Source: the human T2T-CHM13v2.0 reference genome, Homo sapiens. From it: a DNA stretch of 64,000 bases. Positions 58,101 through 64,000 of this stretch are shown here, one piece after another; position 1 is the first letter of the stretch; each line of letters opens with the position of its first letter. Made by a program: the position numbers and the translations under genes. The stretch lies in the NCBI RefSeq assembly GCF_009914755.1, contig NC_060937.1; one strand, given 5' to 3'. Under the pieces are notes generated by a model that worked only from the letters and a program-made list of their open reading frames with translations, was not told where the DNA came from and searched no databases.

Positions 58101-59360
58101 AATTAATTTTTATCTTCCACCCCTCCTCCTATTTTTTCTGTTCTCTCCTTCCTAAATGCTTATTGTATAAACATTGAAACTTTGGATATTTCCTTTATAC
58201 TCTAAACTTTTATTTCACATTTTTCATCACATTTCTGTTTACATTGTGTTCTGGGAGAACTCCTTAGTTTAGTCTTTGAGGTTGCTAATTTGCTCTTCAT
58301 CAGTATTTATTCTGGTATTCAGCCAGTCTCTTGAGTTTGTTTCAAAGATCATATCTTTTTCATTTTTAAGACCTTGAACTAGTTCTTTTACATAATAGCT
58401 TCTTTTATTTCATAGATGTGATATGCTCTCTTATCCTTTGAGAATATTAATTATCCTTTGTGAATGTTTTTTGTTTATTTGTTCTTATAAACTGTGTATT
58501 CACAAGAGTTAGCTCTTTTATTTTTTGAGCTTGCTGCTTTTATCAGTGTGCTCATTGATTCTGGGCTTATATTTTTTTGCATTTGCTTTTTATTTTTATA
58601 TGTATGCTGTTGTTTTTTTACTGTAGTTATTTCCAGTTATTGTAGAGGAGTGATAGGTTGTTCAGCTGGGCAGCCCATCTTTTGGATGAGTGGAATTGCT
58701 TCTTTCTTCAGGGTATAACTAGATTCTAATAGGACTTTCCTGTCTTTAGACTGAAACACTCAAATTTCTTACTCCAAACTCAGAAGCAAAAGTCTGCTGC
58801 TTCTGTCTTCTCTCAAGTTAGGAATGAGTGGATGGATAGAAAAAGTCACCCTTGTAGATGCTCTGAGTACAGTGATCAGGTAACTCATTTCCAGAACCTG
58901 TTTCTCATATACATTGCTTCTGCATTTAGAGTCTGCAAAACCTACTTCCAACTTATACAAATGTCTTCTCATGTATAATTACAGAGTGCTGTTTACTTCC
59001 ATCAATTAATTCCTCTCTGCTTTCTATCTTTAAAAGATTTCTGAACAAATTTGTTCTACTGATTTTTGTTTTGTTTTGTTTTGTTTTCTGGAGTGGTTAT
59101 TAAAATTTTCTTAATTTTTGTCTGTCATTTCATGATTAATATTTGAATCTCTTCTGTATTTTTATCTCTCCTTCATATTTATTTTTTGGTTACTTCTCTG
59201 TTTTCTTAGTAAACTTTGCAAGAATTTTATGTTCCACATTGTTGATTTCAAATAACCAACTTTTATAGTTGTTAATTTGTAAATTTTCCACTTTCTGATT
59301 ATTTTATCTTCTAATATTTGTTTTCTTATTCTCTACTTCATTTTTAAAGTTCTGTTTTAT
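55141..59360 (-). mobile_element. Patchwork of old L1ME/L1M fragments (3' end, ORF2, ORF1/5')
   Basis: GATGAGTTTTGACAAATGTATA...ACCACCACC 3'UTR; antisense ORF2/ORF1 landmarks (TTCCATTGTCTTCTGGCTTGCATAGTTTCTGATGAG); internal boundaries unresolved. Confidence 0.7.
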
Positions 59361-59364
59361 TTAC

Positions 59365-59752
59365 TGTCTTAGCTCATTTGTGCTGCTATAATAAAATATC
59401 ACAGACTGGCTAATTTATAAAGAACAAAAATATATTTTCTCAAAGCTCCGGAGCTGGGAAGTCCGAGATCAAGGTGCTGGCAGGTTCATTGTCTGGTGAA
59501 GCTGCTCTCTGTTTCCAAGATGGCATCATGATGGTGCATCCTCTGGAGGGGAGAAATGCTCTGTCCTCACATGGCAGAAGGCAAAAAGGCAAATATGACA
59601 AATTGTCTTCCTCAAGTTTTTTTTATAAGGACCTCTTACCCCATTTATAAAGGAGGAGCCCTTATAGCCTCATCACCTCTTAAGGGCCTCACCTCTTAAT
59701 ACTGTCACATTAGCAACACCTGAATAATGGAAGGGACATATTGAAATAGGAA
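59365..59752 (-). mobile_element. MST-family (MSTC-like) MaLR LTR
   Basis: TGTCTTAG...TGTGCTGCTATAATAAAATATCACAGACTGG...GAAGTCCGAGATCAAGGTGCTGGCAGG...TCCTCACATGGCAGAAGG. Confidence 0.88.
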
Positions 59753-59879
59753 GTGCCACATTAATTTGTCTTGTATTCCAGTTTTGATATCTAAGACTAT
59801 TTCTTCAATTGTTTTCTAAATTATTTTTAATGGTAGTTTAGCTATTAAGTCAAAGAGGAAATGAGAGGGCTCTGTAATC

Positions 59880-60142
59880 CCTAAAAAGCTTTTTGGCTTT
59901 TCTTCCTGGAAGTCTCAGAAAATATCTCATTGATTCTGATTGAGTTTGTGCTCATCTATGATATGTACTTATCTCTGTGCCAATTATTCTGGTCAGCGTG
60001 ATGAGAGATAAGACAATCCAGCTCAGCATAAAACATATGATTGATAATGGTGGATGCATAGTTTCCCAAAGACTGTTTCAAGTGTGGTTTCAATGGAGAA
60101 AGAAAGGAATGGATTCTGGATCCTAACCAGAAATGTCCACTA
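59880..60142. mobile_element. Possible very old MLT1 LTR fragment
   Basis: CTCATTGATTCTGATTG...GTTTCCCAAAG...GGAATGGATTCTGG...AAATGTCCACTA. Confidence 0.45.
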
Positions 60143-60274
60143 GAGTAAACATCTATTTTCCTTTTTTATTTTATTAAGAATGTCATAATGAAGAGCTAAG
60201 GGCTGCTACATTATCTCAACAAAAACTACTAACGATACAGAAGTTAATGACAAAAATAATCTTATATTTGCCTA

Positions 60275-60420
60275 TTAATTTAGTCTTCAAACTCATTTTC
60301 TTATTTGACCATACCATTCATGAAATAATTAGGACTTATATATTGTTTTCATCTTGCAGATATGGAAACTGAGGCTCATAGAAATGAAATAACTTCTCCA
60401 ATGCTCCACATTTAGCATGC
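60275..60420 (-). mobile_element. MIR relic
   Basis: CATCTTGCAGATATGGAAACTGAGGCTCATAGAAATGAAATAACTT. Confidence 0.75.
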
Positions 60421-62090
60421 TTGGGAACTATCTCTAGGGCTGGCCAAGACAGAATATTTTTCAACTGCAAAGTCAACTAAACACCATTTGTCTTCTTTAC
60501 CTATACTCTTAACAAATTTTTCTCATTTTAAAATTGCCATATAATTTTTGGTGCCAATTACCCTATTTTGAATTGCCAACAAAGAAAACCTATTATTTTC
60601 AACATATGCTTGCTTTTTCTTAGGGTTAAATTATATATAGCCCTAACCTCATAATTCTGGTTAGGCTGATGTGGGTAAATACTGTGATATTCTTTTCAAT
60701 ACTATATTTGAAAATGCTGTTGCATTGTGTATAATTTTTCTTTTGTGTTATTCTCTATTTTGTAGTTTCAATGGTTTAAAATCTTACCATCTTATTAACC
60801 AATTCATGTAGGTTGCATTCAGATTAGCTAGTAGTGCTTTCTGTAATCTCACAATTTGGGAACAATATCAATCGCTTAACATTATGACTTCCTAGATTTC
60901 TCCCTTTTAGCAGAAGCAAAACATTTTTAGATTGAACCTTTTAAGCAAGATATATGCTTGTTTTTCGATACTTTGATGTTACAGTAGTAACACAATTTTC
61001 ATTAAAGAATAGATTTGTCAACTCTTTTCTTTAGGCCTTTATTTTATTTCTTGCACTTGGATACATTGTCATATATGGTAGTTGGAATTTCTAGTAGCTT
61101 CAGAAATGGTGTTTTGGAGTTAGTGTAAAACTACAAATCATTCATAACAAATGAAGATTCAAGATTTGATGCTCAAGTTTCAGCTTAACACCATGACCAG
61201 AATTATTTTGTTTTCTCATTAGAGGATTCTAGCCAAACTCAAAATAGCAAGGACTAAATTAATACCTTGGAAATAGTTCCTGTTTTATCATACCAGCTCT
61301 GATGGTATGGTCCTCGTTTTCTCCTCTGAGAAATATTAGAATGTATTTCACTTAATCTGGCTCAAAAAATTTATATTTGAAGTGTCACAAATTTTAAAAA
61401 TCCCTAATAATATGGAAGGAATCAGGAATATGGGATTCAGCTTTAAGCTTAAAAAAAGTGTTTCATACTCAGTTTTTTTTTTGTTGTGTTTTGTTTTATT
61501 AGAAGAGATGTCTATTTCTTAGGCTTCATGAATCTAAAAAGAGAAATATAATACACTAGAAAGATTGCTGGCTGTTGGTTTGGAAGGCCTGGCTGTAGCA
61601 TGGGCTAACGGAGACATTGGGCTGGATTCTCGGTTTTTCTGAGCTTATTTTTTCAGCTTGTTTATAACCTCAAAAAGTAGTTGAGAGAATAAAAAATGAG
61701 ACAATATATAATGAAGATGCTTTGGGAATCTCCAAATGCAATGCACTGTAATGGCTTGTGTGAGCTTTGTGTGTGCTTCAGGTCTAAGTGCAAATAAAGC
61801 TTTAGCTGCCCACCCAGGAAGGGATCATGGGAAGAATTCATGAAAGAAGGGTCCCTTTCTTAAAGAAAATTCTTTCCATCTGATGTCCATTTAGAATTAG
61901 TCAAGACATGCCCCAGTTCTATACTGTGGAAGATAGCATCATCATAGCTATGTCATGTTCATTTCGTGTCTTCTCTCTTTGCTTCCATGGAGTGATATTT
62001 TGGAAATTCTCAAATTCTTGCTTATAATTCTGGCACTCCTTCAAATGCTGGTATATCATCTTGAAGTTACCATGTATCATGGTAATCAAT

Positions 62091-62197
62091 TGGAAATGTG
62101 ATTGTTATCAATACAATGGTAACGTGTTTCTACCAATATGATGGTAATGTGTTGTTACCATCAGTTGATAATGTGATTGTTACCAGTACAATGTAAT
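62091..62197. repeat. Degenerate ~25-bp tandem repeat (4 copies) with self-complementary unit
   Basis: Units at 62091, 62117, 62142 and 62166; consensus approximately TGGTAATGTGATTGTTACCAATACAA. Confidence 0.8.
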
Positions 62198-62484
62198 TTC
62201 TTATGCTGATTTCTGAAGTATTTAAAATGCCTTTTCTCTTCTGATTTTATTTATATATTTGTGATTACTTTGAATATGCATATCAATTATTTCAGATACA
62301 GTGTCATTCAGAAGGTTTATTTCAATTAATAATCTTAGTAGCTTCATTATGGAAACATGTAGCACAGGTAACTACTGGGCACTGAGAATACTAAATCAAA
62401 TAAGAAGGAGTCTTCAGGCAACTTATAATCAAACCAGGAAAGTGGAGACTCATACAACAAACTCTGATAGAATGTGACAGGAGT

Positions 62485-62788
<304 letters not shown>

Positions 62789-62947
62789 AATGTGACAGGA
62801 GTTACCGGTAGTAGTGCTCTACATAGAGTAGAGTGCTCTAGCTTCTGTTAGACACCGATGTGCATTAAAAAAAAAAAAAGATGGCTAAAGATAGGGTGAA
62901 AAGATCTGACATTTAAACACATTAATTTTTTTTCTATTTATTTAGAG

Positions 62948-63258
62948 CAGAGTTCACAAATTGGTGTCTGTAGACTAGATTTGGCTTGCATATGTGTTTA
63001 TTTTGGCTTACAAAATTTTTAAAAAATTTGAGCCAAGATGAAAACATTAAGAGATTTCACACGGAAGTCAAAATTCCCCAGTTTCTCTTGAAAAAATGTT
63101 AAAGATTTGGTAAACATTAGTCCTGCTTCTGTATAGGACAGCAGTCCTGGAGATGAGTAGAACCTACCTGCCTGCCTGAAACAGAGCAAGTGCTCTCAAT
63201 TTCACGACCGGCCAAACTGCTTCCCACACTGGCCTACTTGCTCTGCCTGAAACCCCTG
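62948..63258 (+). mobile_element. MER102-like hAT-Charlie element
   Basis: CAGAGTTCACAAATTGG...TGTGTTTTATTTTGGC...GAGATTTCACA...TTCTCTTGAAAAAA...AAGATTTGGTAAAC...CTGGAGATGAGTAG. Confidence 0.75.
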
Positions 63259-63264
63259 GCAGGC

Positions 63265-63630
63265 TCCACTTCAGCACCTTTGCACTTGCTGATCTCCAGC
63301 CTGGAACCTTCTTCCCCCAAGTATGGCTCAATCCCTCATTTCATTCTGGTCTCTGGTTAGAAGTCATCTCCTTGTAGAGGCTGCCCTGACTTCCCTATCT
63401 ACAAGGACAGATTGATCTCATCACTATCCCTTTACTTCCAGGCACTTACCACCGTGTGGCATATTATGTATTTTTAATGCATTACTTATGTATTAAATAT
63501 GCCCCTCTGATGGAATACACACTTCATGAGAGCAGGATCCTTATCTGTTTTGTTTACCATGGTATTCCTCCCACCTACTACAGTGTGTCACATAAAACAA
63601 GCACTCAATAAATATGTGTTGAGTGAATGT
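63265..63630 (+). mobile_element. L2a 3' end
   Basis: CCTTTGCACTTGCTG...GCCTGGAACCTTCTTCCCC...CATGAGAGCAGG...GCACTCAATAAATATGTGTTGAGTGAATG. Confidence 0.85.
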
Positions 63631-64000
63631 TGCTCTTGCAGTTTTATTCAATTCCTGAGCGTGGTGGAGATGGGGATGAGAGTAAATGGACCTCTGTTTT
63701 GCCCTGGCTCCTACAGCCAAGACTGAAGAGTAATATAGTTTGAATCATTAAAATTTTATCTGTAATGTTGTATACACAACACATATGTGTTATACAATCA
63801 CCCCTAAACCATATACACAAATTAAAAAGTCTGCATTATATATGGTATGGTCATGATAACTATTCATATTACCTGAATAGTGAATAAAGAATCTGCTTGA
63901 CCGTGTGCTATGAATTCACGTGATTTGGGATTTGCAAATCCATTTGGACCAAGCTGAACGTCTGAGCATCTTGTTGTTTCTTCATAACCCCTTCAATGTG

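Noticed and set aside
62091-62197. CRISPR-like array of palindromic repeats
   Set aside because: Primate DNA, degenerate abutting units without unique spacers, no cas genes

Overview
Primate (most likely human or great ape) non-coding genomic DNA, AT-rich and dominated by interspersed repeats. I find no credible host protein-coding exon, RNA gene or CRISPR array. All long ORFs come from L1 ORF2, Tigger2 transposase, Alu or simple repeats. Repeats include: the 5' end of an L1PA at the left edge; five Alus; an L1PA4 with a 424-codon ORF2 remnant; a near-complete Tigger2 interrupted by a 5'-inverted L1PA3 carrying a short 3' transduction; a nested L1MB7-like block (MER39 LTR, second L1 5' end, AluSp); MLT2A, MLT1 and MST LTRs; and many MIR, L2 and hAT relics. 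The most interesting unique sequence is 17.0-20.5 kb. It has a perfect 20/20 zero-spacer p53-family response element in a small CpG cluster, a full NRF2/sMAF (ARE) site, AP-1 sites, CCAAT/GC/TATA boxes and strong splice sites on both strands. Together these suggest a stress-responsive enhancer/promoter, possibly with a spliced lncRNA. Repeat subfamily calls come from recalled consensus sequences, and boundaries of old repeats are approximate. I cannot identify the genomic locus, and I see no clear evidence of a wholly new biological system.
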